Shown here piece by piece: positions 9,549 through 20,624 of a DNA stretch of 64,000 nt; within the stretch, counting starts at the first letter, position 1; every line of letters begins with the position of its first letter. The position numbers and the translations under genes are program-made. This DNA comes from Oikopleura dioica (taxonomy: Eukaryota > Animalia > Chordata). The notes under the pieces were generated by a model. It was given only the letters and a program-made list of their open reading frames with translations. It was not told the DNA's origin and searched no databases. The stretch is taken from NCBI GenBank assembly GCA_907165135.1, contig OU015566.1:6572001-6636000 (forward strand), read 5' to 3'.

Positions 9549-12500
9549 CTAACGGGTGTAGTAGACTCGGTAGTAGAGGGTTTTCGAGCGCCAGAGAGAA
9601 TAAGAATTGTCGAATTTGAGAAGGTAAACTCCAGAGCCGGGGTATTGATGCGAGCCAGCGTGGACTTGCTGGTGGCAATCTCGGCGGTAGACGGGCACGA
9701 TTTCGTCTGTTGGGGGTCGATTAGATCTGAATTCATTAAATCCCCTAATTTCAAGATGAAGGGGTACCTTCTATGTCCATTTTCAGCATCCCCATGATGA
9801 GTAGCTCCCTCTTCGTCCTCCTCAGAGTCCGGATAATATTCTTCATCGGACGACTCATTCACTGCAATTGACACTTGATGCGTCGTAACATCTGACCATT
9901 CAAAATAAACACCAAAGCCAAGATCATACGAATCCGTGGCGAATTCCCAGAATAAATATGCGCCTTCTTCGTGGGTAGGAACCCGCACAGTAACGACTTC
10001 TCCGCGGCCGACGGTTAAGACGGATTCGGTGTCTTTTCTAAGCTGGTCTTTGAGTTCGCGAATTTGTGGACGAGTCCAGAGACTTGGTGGTTCAATTCGA
10101 ACTTCATTCGATGCTGAAAGCAACTATTAAAAATATCATTTTTAGATTTAAAACTTACGAAGAGGAACTTGAACAGGAGCGGGAACAGGTTTATCGCAAT
10201 CTGAAATGCTCAATTGCGCCATGTACTGTTCATAATGTTGAGTTTGTAAATGCTCAATCAGCGCTTTTTGCGCCTCTCGATCGCCCGGATGTTGCTGTGC
10301 CGCGTACTGGGAGAATTGGGCCGCGGTTTGGGCGTTTAGACCGGCGATGATTTTTTGACGATCAGCTTCCGCGGCACGCTCTTTTTCTTGCTGCTTTTCC
10401 ATCTCTACAAGAACTTATTTGAAAAAGAAAGTCTCAATTTGCAGAATTTATGAAGGGAAACACTTCAAGTTTTGAATAGTTACTCGAGGGCTCCCTACTA
10501 AAGAGAAGAGCGCTCTTTTATTCTAGCTTTCTTTCCGTAGTTTCTCATTTTCTTACCGAGTTTCTTGCGAGCTTCTTCTTCAGCACGGATCCGCTCCTCC
10601 TCTTCTCGACGCTTTCGCTCTTCTTCTTCGCGTCTTCTTTGCTCTTCAAGGCGCTTTCTTTCCTCTTCTTCGCGACGTATCCTTTCCTTTTCTTCTTTTT
10701 CTTTTTGCTGGGCGACCATGTATGGGGAGAAAACAGGGATGGATTTGTCGACTTTTTCAGGTTTTTTTATTTGTCTCTAGAATGTTCTGCTTGTTAAAAA
10801 AGAGTGACGAAAAGTTGGGTAGAAAGGGCGAAGATGGAAAACTCGGAGGACGAAAATCAAGGAAGAAAACAACCGAGTGTGGAAGAAGCTTTTCGAACTT
10901 GCCCCCTAGGAACCGGATAGAAAGGACTTTTCTCTTATCATCTTATGCTCTTATTTTATCCGATAAACAGCTGATGCTTGTATGCACCGACCCTGTTCAT
11001 GCAAGCAATTCTTCATGCTCTGCACTTCTTCCGAAGAAGAAACCTCCTGCTGTCGAGTTTTTCTACGGGTGGTTCTTATCGTATTTGGGCTAGTTTTTGG
11101 CATAGCTCTAGGAGCGCCGTTTGGATTTGCCTTTGGATATGTTGGCGCTGTTTTGATGATTCTTTTCATGCCATGCTATATCAGGTAGAAACTGGTCTTC
11201 GACAAAAACTGGTTGAAAATGGGGGATTTTTAGGCGATGGTTGAAAGCTAGGATCGACAAATGCCCCCGAAATCCGGATCGGGTTTTCGTCGGGTTTTCT
11301 TGAAGTCGGAATTTTCCGATCGGGTTTTTGTCGGGTTTTCGTCGGGTTTTTGTCGGGTTTTTTATCTGGTTTTTGTAGGATATTTTTCGGGTTTTTGTCG
11401 GGTATTTTTCGGATTTTTATCGGGTTTTAATCGGGTTTTCATCGGGTTCTCGTCGGGTTTTCCCGACACTGAAGTTGAATCAAATATAATGAATCCAAAT
11501 AGGCGAAAATAGACATAATTTTTGGCTAACAGAATTCTGGGAGCTGTCTGTGAAGAAACTAATGAGTAGATCCGAAGAGAAACCCGACGAAAAAACCCTA
11601 CAAAAATCCGAAAAATGACCCTACAAAAACCCGATTTTATAGGGTCGTCACAATTTCACCGTCGGGTTTTTGTAGGGTAGGCAGAATCCAACAAAAACCC
11701 GACAAAAACGTCGGTTTTCGATCGGGTGTCGGGTGGGACTTGTCGATCCTAGGTTGAAAGATGCAGTGCTAGAAAGTGTGGACGAAAATGGGCAGCTTCC
11801 GAAAAACAAGTTTTTCCAAAACGAGGTAAATGTACGAAATCCTATTTTTCTTGAATATGTATTTCTAGCCATACACGCCAAATGCCTCCTTCAACGTCTA
11901 AAGGAAGAAAAAAGCCTGTGCCTAAATGGATCATCTCCGTCATCGCCTCTTCTTTGCTCATCTTTCCCAGCGTGATCCAGCAATTCTGTCTGTCCTTGCC
12001 AAACCAGTCAAAATATCCGATCTCTTGCTGCTTTTCGCAACTCGCGCAGGGTCTTTTTTCTCGGTATTGAAAAGCCAGAAAATATTCACGCGTCTGTTCA
12101 ATTTTTCCCTGTGAAAGAGAGTCTCTCTCTTTCTTTCAAATAATCAATAAATCATTTCGCAAAAAAGAAGGAGCAAAAAAGAGGAGCTTCGGCTTACTCG
12201 ATACGTTACTCATTTTTTCAATTCTCGATCGATTTCAATACCTTCCCATATGTCACCTGTTTGGTCAGCGCAGCGATTTTGACCTGAAAGAAGTCGTTAA
12301 CGATAAATAATTAATTTTAACGCAGACTGATGATAAAAAGATCTGCATTATCAAAAATGAAATACGATGGTATTGGATTCTTTAAGGGTGTCAACAATTA
12401 ATTTTAATTAATAGTTATCAGGTGACTTCGTTGAATCACAATTTTTATCAGAAGAGCCCTTTGTTCACCCACAATAAGTATAGAAATAGGATAGGGCTTA

Positions 12501-14068
12501 CTATTAGTTAAACAGGATAATGTTGATAAATGACATCGGTGTAAATGAGTTTGATGTGAAGTTTTATTGCATATCGATTTCGGCTACTTAAGCCGCGGAG
12601 TTGCGTTTGGATTTTATTTCCACTTGTTCTAGTTCTCTTTGCACTGAAGATGGCTTAACTTCTCAATGCACGTGGTCCAATCATTGGACCACGGCGACTT
12701 TGAACCCCTGTAATTCCCGTTGTTGTTATCTGTTTGACCTGAATTTTGTAATGTGAAAATAGTTTCGGCCGTTGCCGAAAAATTAATCAGAAAACTAGCT
12801 CACAATATTTCGGCATTCTGCCGAAACATTTATCCCTACTAACCTGACAAGACAAAAACGAACCACTCTGTGAAGTTTCGAATGAAAACTCAAAAGTGGT
12901 GGCGTTTTGCGCCAGATTTCTCTTTCGTTCTCTGGTGAAAAATCGGAACGGATTTTTCGATTTACAATTGTTTATTTTTATAGAAGAGGGTTCAAGCTTT
13001 CTAGCAATATATTCACGAGCTTTTTACCCGACGGAAACGTCAATTAGAGCCAAAAGTCCTGAGCGCTGTTTTTCACACTCTGAATTTGGCGCGCCGCGCG
13101 GGGCTGGATAATGCATTGTGGTCCAATAATTGGACCCCGTGTTTTGAGCGCTTAGTCGCGCGCCCGTGTATTGAGAAGTTAAGTAGCCGAAATCGATATG
13201 CAATAAACAGGATAAGGGTATCATTATGTTAATTTTGAGAGAAAATCTCGATTCTTGAAGACTATTCTTTTCGAAAGACTGCGACTTTTAGCCATTTTTA
13301 TCGACAAAATGTAATGTAAAGCTTACCTTATCTTCGTAAGCCAAGTTGAAGGCCCTGCCCTCCTTATCTTTATAAAACCTAATTGCTTTTCTGTACACTT
13401 CATCGAGCGTAAAACTCCATTTGAAAGGCTGCGAAATTCCAGCTTTGCCAACTTCTGGTTCAGAAGTGGATTTCTGCTTGTCTTTGTCTTTTGATCGTCT
13501 CCTCGACTTCTTCGAAGCTTTTCTTGGAGGATCTTTCAAATTGGAAGATTCTTCTTTCGGTTCTTCCTGTTCTTTGGGCTTCGACTCTTCTTTTTTCTCT
13601 GATTTTTCGTTTTTAGAGGATTCTTCTTTTTGGGTTTTCGTGTCTGCTTGTTTTTCTTCTACAATTTTCTCCGACTAAATAAAATGTTAGATTCGCGAAA
13701 AAATTTGGGGTAAGCGACGGAGCATGACGAAAATTGCCACATGAAATTCCCGCTTTCGTCCAAGAGCGACAAATTGCGACAAAAATATGCGACAAACCCT
13801 TTTGCGACAATTCTCGACTTATCAAAAGGATGCTTTTGGGGTTGAAAATTGTCGCGAGAGGTTTTGTCGCAAAATTTTCTTCGTCGGCGATTTTCTGTCG
13901 CATTTTTTGTCGCTTTCTGTAATTTTGGAAGAGTACCTTGATTTCCTCTGCTTCATCTTCTGTACAGAGCGAGTCTGAATATAACGAGTCTGTTCTGCTG
14001 CCAGTATAAGAACTCCCAGTGTAGGAACTCCCAGTGTACGAATCTTCTGATCTTGACGATCCCGACAT
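9549..14068 (-). CDS. ACBD3: Golgi resident protein GCP60 / acyl-CoA binding domain containing 3
   Basis: ACB domain split over exons ([27 protein letters not shown] / [14 protein letters not shown] / [28 protein letters not shown]), an E/R charged helix, a Q-rich segment [19 protein letters not shown], and a GOLD domain ending [23 protein letters not shown]. Confidence 0.95.
10834..11303 (+). CDS. Small Cys-rich two-TM/hairpin membrane protein nested antisense in an ACBD3 intron
   Basis: [27 protein letters not shown], a GA-AG intron (10916-10970), then [17 protein letters not shown]...[46 protein letters not shown], a GT-AG intron, and [22 protein letters not shown]. Confidence 0.55.
11278..11740. 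repeat. ~10-bp GTCGGGTTTT minisatellite with inverted (AAAACCCGAC) tracts
   Basis: Many degenerate TCGGGTTTT units at 11278-11462, with reverse-complement units at ~11580-11635 and ~11695-11710. Confidence 0.85.
12563..13207. mobile_element. MITE-like element with 29-bp perfect TIRs and subterminal GTGGTCCAAT hairpins
   Basis: TTTATTGCATATCGATTTCGGCTACTTAA (12563-12591) is the exact reverse complement of 13179-13207. The IR continues (CTTCTCAATGCACG / CGTGTATTGAGAAG) once a 63-bp insertion is removed. It lies in an ACBD3 intron. Confidence 0.85.
12592..12654. mobile_element. 63-bp insertion flanked by TTAA duplication inside the left TIR
   Basis: TTAA (12588-12591), GCC...GGC, TTAA (12655-12658). 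It is absent from the matching right TIR. Confidence 0.65.
13763..13916. mobile_element. Short foldback element: 4x GCGACAA facing 4x TGTCGC
   Basis: GCGACAA at 13766, 13776, 13789 and 13804; (T/C)TGTCGC at 13849, 13864, 13895 and 13907. It lies in the first ACBD3 intron. Confidence 0.65.
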
Positions 14069-15211
14069 TTGTCTGAAAAACGCACTTAGAAATTGAATTA
14101 AAAGATCTGGTTCAAATCAGATCTAACTTTTGACGGAGAGACGCAGAAAAGAGATACTTGAAAATTGTGACTCAGAGAGTTTAAGAGTGACAGGGCCATT
14201 AATTTCAAAATCGGCGAACCGGGGCAATTTCTGGGAAAAAGTGACAATCAAAAGGCGGCACTAGAATGCACACTTGGCCCAATTTCAAGTCTCCATGGAT
14301 ACTAAATCGCATTTCATTCAATCAATCCTCGAAAAACTTAAAAGAGACATTCGCAAGAAAATAATTTCTTTTTTATTGAAAGAAACCATTATTTATTTTT
14401 TTACGAAAAAATTAACCTTCACCAAATCGAATTTACCGGAAAGCAAAAGGTGATTGTATGAAAATGAAGAATTACTATTCATAGTACTATACTCATTTCA
14501 CTTTTAGTGAAAATTATGATTATGATTTATTTTTTTTCGAAAGAAACCATAATTTAATTTTTGAAGGATAAAATGTATTTTCCCCAAAACTATCTAGTCA
14601 CGAAAGAAACAGTCGATTAGATGTAAAATGAAGTGAAGTGATTTCTCTGAATATTATCCAAGTTCAGAATTGGCAAATTGTTCTGAAAAAAAATCGGGTC
14701 TGGAAAGCGCCCGCTGGCTTGATTGCGCTTTCGGATTGGCCGCGCGCGCCCGGACCAGCGGGTAGATCAGCTCAAGCCGGAGCTCTTTCGACCTCAACTG
14801 ACGCTTTTTTCGGTCAATCTTCTTTCTTCCTCCTTTTTTGTCCGAAGTTTCGCACTTTAGAGATGATCCTGTTGAGAAAAAAATAGCGAAAATTTTGAAC
14901 GAAGAAAAAATATACGAAGAAAGCGATTTTTAGCAATTACGTGGCCTTAGGATTCTCATCCCTTTTTTGAAGAAAAATATTTAAAACAAAAAATTATGTT
15001 AATATTTATGTACCTTCCGTGAACAATGTCATAGATCATAAACATAGCTGTAGTCCGCTTTATTTACAGTTATGCCTTGTTAAAACTAAAAATCCCTACT
15101 TGTATAAATTCTCTTTTCATTTTTACGGTTTTCGAATTCTAGAGATTTCGGTAAGATCACTGTATAAACCTGTGTTTTTAGACTTGAAGGAGTCGTTAGA
15201 AATTCGCGAAG

Positions 15212-17541
15212 ATGCTTTGGTACTTCATCGTTATTTTCGGGATGATCGGTTTCGGGCTCTACAAAGTCTTCTCCATGGACAAAGGGAATGAGTTGCCGCA
15301 CGGATTGTTCGACGAAAAACCGAAGCCCGGAATGCGTGTTATTCAGAAATTCAAAGAATACTTTAGAAAAATTATTAAAGAAAAGGTAAGCAGCAAGAAA
15401 AGTTGGGCGAAGTCAATTTGATTGCAGAAACTGAGAAGCTGCTTGCGGCCCAGAGTAAAGAAAAGTCGATTAACCCACGCTAAGCGCGGCTTACATCGAC
15501 GATGTAACATCGTCCTTTTACTCGAAGCCGCAAGCGGCTTCTCGGTTTCAGCAATAATTTCTCAATTAGTTGAAAATTCCTAAATTAAAATTTCAGGATA
15601 CGCGTAATTTATTCTTCTTCATCTGTATCAACCTTTCATTCGCCTTCGTGGAATTATTCTACGGAATCTGGACCAACTCGCTTGGTCTCGTTTCCGATGC
15701 GTTTCACATGTTTTTCGATTGTTCTGCACTCTTGCTTGGCCTCGTCGCTGCCGTTGTCGCCAGGTGGAGTCCCAACGATAGATACACCTATGGCTACGTT
15801 CGAGCTGACACCCTGGCTGGCTTTGTCAACGCGATCTTTTTAGTCTTCATCGCTTTTTTCATCCTTTCTGAAGCCATTGAGGTGAGTTTCTCTGATTTTG
15901 ACACTCTTGGAATTCTAAAATTCTAGCGACTGGTCGAACCAGTCCACATTCACCACGAAAAACTGCTCAGCGTCAGTATCATGGGTCTGCTTGTAAATAT
16001 CATCGGCATCTTCGTCTTCGCTCATGGCGGTTCTCATGGGCACTCTCATGGAGGCCACGGACACTCGCATGGTGGACATTCACATGGCCACTCGCATGGG
16101 CACGTTTCGGCCGCTGCTGCTGATCATGGTCACTCACATGGACATTCTCATGGAGATCATGGACATTCGCACGGGCACTCGCATGGAGATACGTATGGAG
16201 ATAACTCGGTAAGTTCTTCCTTTAAGGGTACTATCTTCGATTTCACCAACTTGAGCCTTGAATAACTCGGAACTTGTAAATGATTGCTGAATCAATATGG
16301 GCTCATTGAATAGACCTGTCCTAGATCTTAACTATTACAGAGGGGTTTATTAATTGCTTGACCGAAAAGCGGCTAAATTTTGGCTTGAAGTGGTCATCTT
16401 CGCCAAAATGGCCTATATAAACGGCTGAATAACTCAAAAACAAGTCTGAAAACTTGGCCTTATTATATTTTTATATGTAATTTGAACCTTAATCTTTAAA
16501 ATTACAGAAGGAATTTTTGATTGAAAAACTAAAAATACCAAAAATAATTTTTTGAAAATTGTGTCTCGCAGATTTTGCGAAAATTGAGCATTTTTTAAAA
16601 TTTTGCGACATATTTTTGGCTCTAGAATCGAAAATATCTTGATGTAGCGATCGATACAGCTACCAACATACTGCTCTTGCTCTGAGCTTTCGAACAAGCC
16701 GTTGATCAAGAAAATCGAAGTTCAAAATTTTTTTTCGATAAAACTTCTAGTGGCCATATCTCAAGATATATTGATAATTTCGAATAGTTGTCAATAAGGT
16801 ATAATTATAAAATTTTATGAAGAATCCATCTCTTATAACCGATTCTTATAAATCTTTCGAAAGGTCACCTTCTGGAAATCGAAGATAGTACCCTTAAGAA
16901 GGCATTTTGGGTCTTCGTCGGGGGTTCTTTTGAGAGTTGCCTTTTGTATAAAATCAATTTCAGACGGGCAATATGGCGATCATGCAAGGTGCCTTCCTCC
17001 ACATTCTCGCCGACACGATGGGTTCCGTCGGCGTCATTATCTCAACACTTCTGATCGACTGGTTCGGATGGCATCGTGCTGATCCGATCGCCTCGATCTT
17101 CATTGCTATAATGACGCTCATCTCCGTAAAGCCACTGTTAATGGAAACAACGACGACGTTACTTCAGCGTTCTCCGCCAGAACTCGACAATACGCTTCCA
17201 TCGGCGTATTCTCAGCTGATGAGGCTAGAAGGAGTCGAACGGCTGGAAGAGGCACATGCCTGGACGCTAGCAAAGGGACAGACGATATGCAGCGTGAAAA
17301 TTAAGACTTCAATTGATGCTAATCCCAGAAAGTAAGTCACTCAAAAGTGGTCATTTTTAACAAAAATTTTTATCGATAATAATATCTGAGAAAGGGTTGA
17401 TAATCCTTACGAAGCATTAGTCGGCCAGAGAACTAGCCCCGAGGCTATTTTAATAACTCTCGAATTTTTAGGATCACTCAAGATGCGACCAACGCGATCA
17501 TGTCTGCCGGAGTTCACCGAGTGTTCATCCATCTCAACTAG
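15212..17541 (+). CDS. SLC30A7: Zinc transporter ZnT7 (CDF family)
   Basis: DTRNLFFFICINLSFAFVELFYGIWTNSLGLVSDAFHMFFDC, YGYVRADTLAGFVNA, a long (HG/HS)n His-rich loop, and GAFLHILADTMGSVGVI. Confidence 0.92.
15421..15555. mobile_element. Palindromic mini-MITE (GAGAAGCCGCTTGCGGCTTCGAG family), copy 1
   Basis: ~40-bp imperfect TIRs and a central AAGCGCGGCTT; same family as 63528-63625. It lies in SLC30A7 intron 1. Confidence 0.75.
16226..16893. mobile_element. 668-bp MITE with 19-bp TIRs and TTAA target duplication
   Basis: TTAA|GGGTACTATCTTCGATTTC ... GAAATCGAAGATAGTACCC|TTAA. It fills nearly all of the SLC30A7 intron after the His loop. Confidence 0.88.
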
Positions 17542-18143
17542 GCACAAATGCGATTTTTAATTATTTTTATTATTTATCAATTTTCAAACTATTAACCGAC
17601 GATACAACAAAAAAGAGATTCAGACGTTACAACTTTCTTCTTTTTCAAACTTTAATATCAAGCACTAGAAACCGTGCTGCCCCTGTCAAAAATGTATGAA
17701 AAAAAACCAATTTAGTAAAATTTTTACATACTTTCCTTCTGTATCAGAACCTCTGTAAAACTATTTCAACCATTCAACTGTAGCTCCAATTTCAACTTTG
17801 GAAATCCAAAGGAACCTGTCAACCTAAGAAAAAGTTCTTGACGTGAAGTGAATTTCCGAAACAGTCATATTTCTCGATGAAAATGACGTTCTAGTATTTT
17901 CCCTTGAGTAAAGATCATTGATCCGTTATCTCTTATTTTATTCTCTATATTAATTCCCATTTAATTTATTTCTAGTTTATTTTTACCGCCGTTAAACCAC
18001 CTTCGTTTGTGTTAATTTTATATTTCAAAGTCTGTGATGGAGGCTGCCTAATGCTTATCATGTGCAATCAACTGCTATTTCAAATGCAAAAAAGAACGTA
18101 TTCGTTATTCAACTTTTCTAACAAGCCAACCCTTTAGAATTTG

Positions 18144-19431
18144 ATGGATCACCTGACAAACATCAAGATTCGAAGATCCAAGGCTGAGGTCCATCTGAAA
18201 CCAGCAGCAAAGAAACAAGGCACACTTCAAAGTCGATGCTCAATTTGCGTCGAAACAGAGTCCAAATACACATGCCCTCGGTAAAAATTTATAATGAATA
18301 AATCATACAAAAACAGAATCATAGATGTGGAATTCAGTACTGCTCGCTGGAATGCTACAAAGATGACCGGCATCAGGATTGCTCGGAAGGATTCTTCAAA
18401 AAAGAAGTCGAAGAGGTGCTCAAATCGGACATGGTCGAGACAGAAGAGAAGAAGAAAATGATTGAAATTTTGAAAAGAGACAAGGAAGAGCGCGAAAAGG
18501 ATCTGCTGCCCGAAGAAATGCTAGAGGAAGATGAAGAAGGCGATCAAGAAGATTTTGATGCTGACGGAGACTTTGATGTGGAAGGAATGCTGGCTCAGCT
18601 TTCGAAAGAAGAGAGGGAAATGTTCGAAAAAGCGCTCAAAGGAATGGCCTTTTAGATTGAATAAGGGTTAGTTAATGCTCTCGAATTTTTAAAGCCAGAC
18701 TGAAGACAATTCAATAATCTCCGAAATATCCGAAAATCTGAATCTCTGGTGGTCCAGCAACTTCAAAGTCATTCCCGAAAATGCTCCGATTCTTCGGAAC
18801 CCGCCGCTATTATCCGATAAACTAACGCCTCACTGGACGACTCCTCTCTTTGTTTCAAACCTGGCTGTTGTCTATTGCTTTATTTACAGAAGATATCTGG
18901 GCGATCCAGAAGATTTGGTGCAAGAATGCACCGACGAGATTTTAAAATATGCCGAGTGCTTCAAACCTGCGGAAGAATCAGATCCAGAGCATCATTTGTA
19001 TTCCGTTTTTGAGACGATAGCGAAAGAATCGGATAATAAAACTGCGCTAATTGCATTTTATGACTCCGTAGAAGTCCTCGAAAACAAACTGAAGGTAAAA
19101 CTGAAAGCTAAAAGAGCAAAACTAACTAATTTTTTAGCTGAGAAGTGCATTATCCCACCTAACGAATCTACTTCAAACTAAAGGGCTGAAATCAAAGCAG
19201 AAAAAACTCGCCTCGAAGAAAGTCGAATTCTACCATTCTTGGGTTTTATCTTCGGAAATAAGTGAAAGCCTGTCATTGCCCGTAAAGCTTTTTTATCTCG
19301 ATAAAAAGCGAGAAATTGATGAATTTGCCCTCAATGCTGAGAAAGTGTCCTCCCAGTTGGAGAGCGTTAGAATTTCCGATTTCAATTCTGATACAAGTAG
19401 CAAAAAGCTGCTAATTGATGAGATGTCGTGA
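18144..19431 (+). CDS. ZNHIT2: Zinc finger HIT domain-containing protein 2
   Basis: CSICVETESKYTCPR/CGIQYCSLECYKDDRHQDCSEGFFKKEV...EEKKKMIEILKR matches the HIT finger plus the ZNHIT2-specific H..CSE.F..EV motif. Confidence 0.85.
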
Positions 19432-19482
19432 GAACTCGTTCTCATTCGACTCAAATTGATGATCAAACTTTTTCGATTTAGA

Positions 19483-20411
19483 ATGAGAGTCGGTTGGGCT
19501 TGTCTCGCGGCTCTTGCCTCAGCTGCGTCCTTTGACGAGACTGAAGCTGATTATACAGTCATTGTTGGTGCTGGACGTAGAGACTGTTATTTCCAGCCGA
19601 TGAACAAAGGTAGAGTCCATTTAAATATCTCATTTTCAATCTTTAATTGAAGGCGTGCCATTCGAAATCGAATATCAAGTGCTCGACGGCGGTGATCTCG
19701 ACATTGACTTCATGATCATCGGTCCAAGCGGTCAGGTCATTGTCGACGAGAAACGTCAAGAAGAGGGTCTTCACGAAATCCCCGGGACTGACAAGGGCCA
19801 GTATCAAATCTGCTTCAACAACATGTTCTCCCGAATGACCGACAAAACGGTCTTCTTTGAAGTCTTCACTGAAGAGGACTACGACGATTACGAATACGAC
19901 GACGATGACTACTACGATGACTATTATGACGATGGTAATTCAAGCTATTCAATTTTTGCTATTGTGTCCTTTTGTAGATATTCCTGTCGCGATGAAGCAA
20001 AAAGAAAAGAAAGGCGAGTGGAAAAAAGACCTGGTCGAGGATGAAGCCACCGAAGGAATGCTCAAGGAGAAGGTTGACGACATGATCAGGAAGCTTGTCA
20101 AAATGAAGGTTAAAACTGATCTTATTGTTCTACCCTCACATTCTTTTTCAGACAAACTTGATCCGAACCGCTCAATTCCAAGCTATCCTCCGGGCGTTTG
20201 AATCCAAGGACAGAAATATCCTCGAAGCTAATCTCAAGCGAGTCAACAACTGGTCCACTATTCATATGGTCGTCATGCTCGGTAAATTCCTTCCTAAACT
20301 CTCCCTTTTTTATCGATTATATTTCTAGTCGCGGCGATTCTCCAAGTATGCATTCTTCGATCCTTCTTCAGCTCAAAACAAACAGCTGGTGGAAACAAGT
20401 CAATGACATAA
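19483..20411 (+). CDS. p24/TMED cargo receptor, gamma subfamily (TMED1/5-like)
   Basis: Signal peptide, GOLD domain (VIVGAGRRDCYFQ; EYQVLDGGDLDIDF; GQYQICFNNMFSRMTDKTVFFE), coiled coil, RVNNWS and a C-terminal TM. Confidence 0.9.
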
Positions 20412-20624
20412 ATTCATTCACAATTTTTATAAAACCAAAATAGCCTTAATTATAATTAAAGTTAGCAAAATCAAAGTTGACACTATTCTTATTTCTGTAC
20501 TCAGACTAGTAACACTGTCAAGCTCCAATATTTTACCTTTCTTCCTCTGAGAAATATACATTCTTTCTGTAGTGCTCCTGGACCAAGAAATCTCTTGTCA
20601 ATTTTCTGGTAATTAGATTGATTG

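Noticed and set aside
10498-10719. GAA-rich low-complexity tract resembling a simple repeat
   Set aside because: It is the coding E/R charged helix of ACBD3.
11261-11881. ORFs made of RVFVGF / GFCRVF repeats
   Set aside because: They are translations of the GTCGGGTTTT minisatellite, not proteins.
16020-16200. CATGG(A/C)CA(C/T)TC(G/T) tandem repeat
   Set aside because: It encodes the normal His-rich cytosolic loop of ZnT7.
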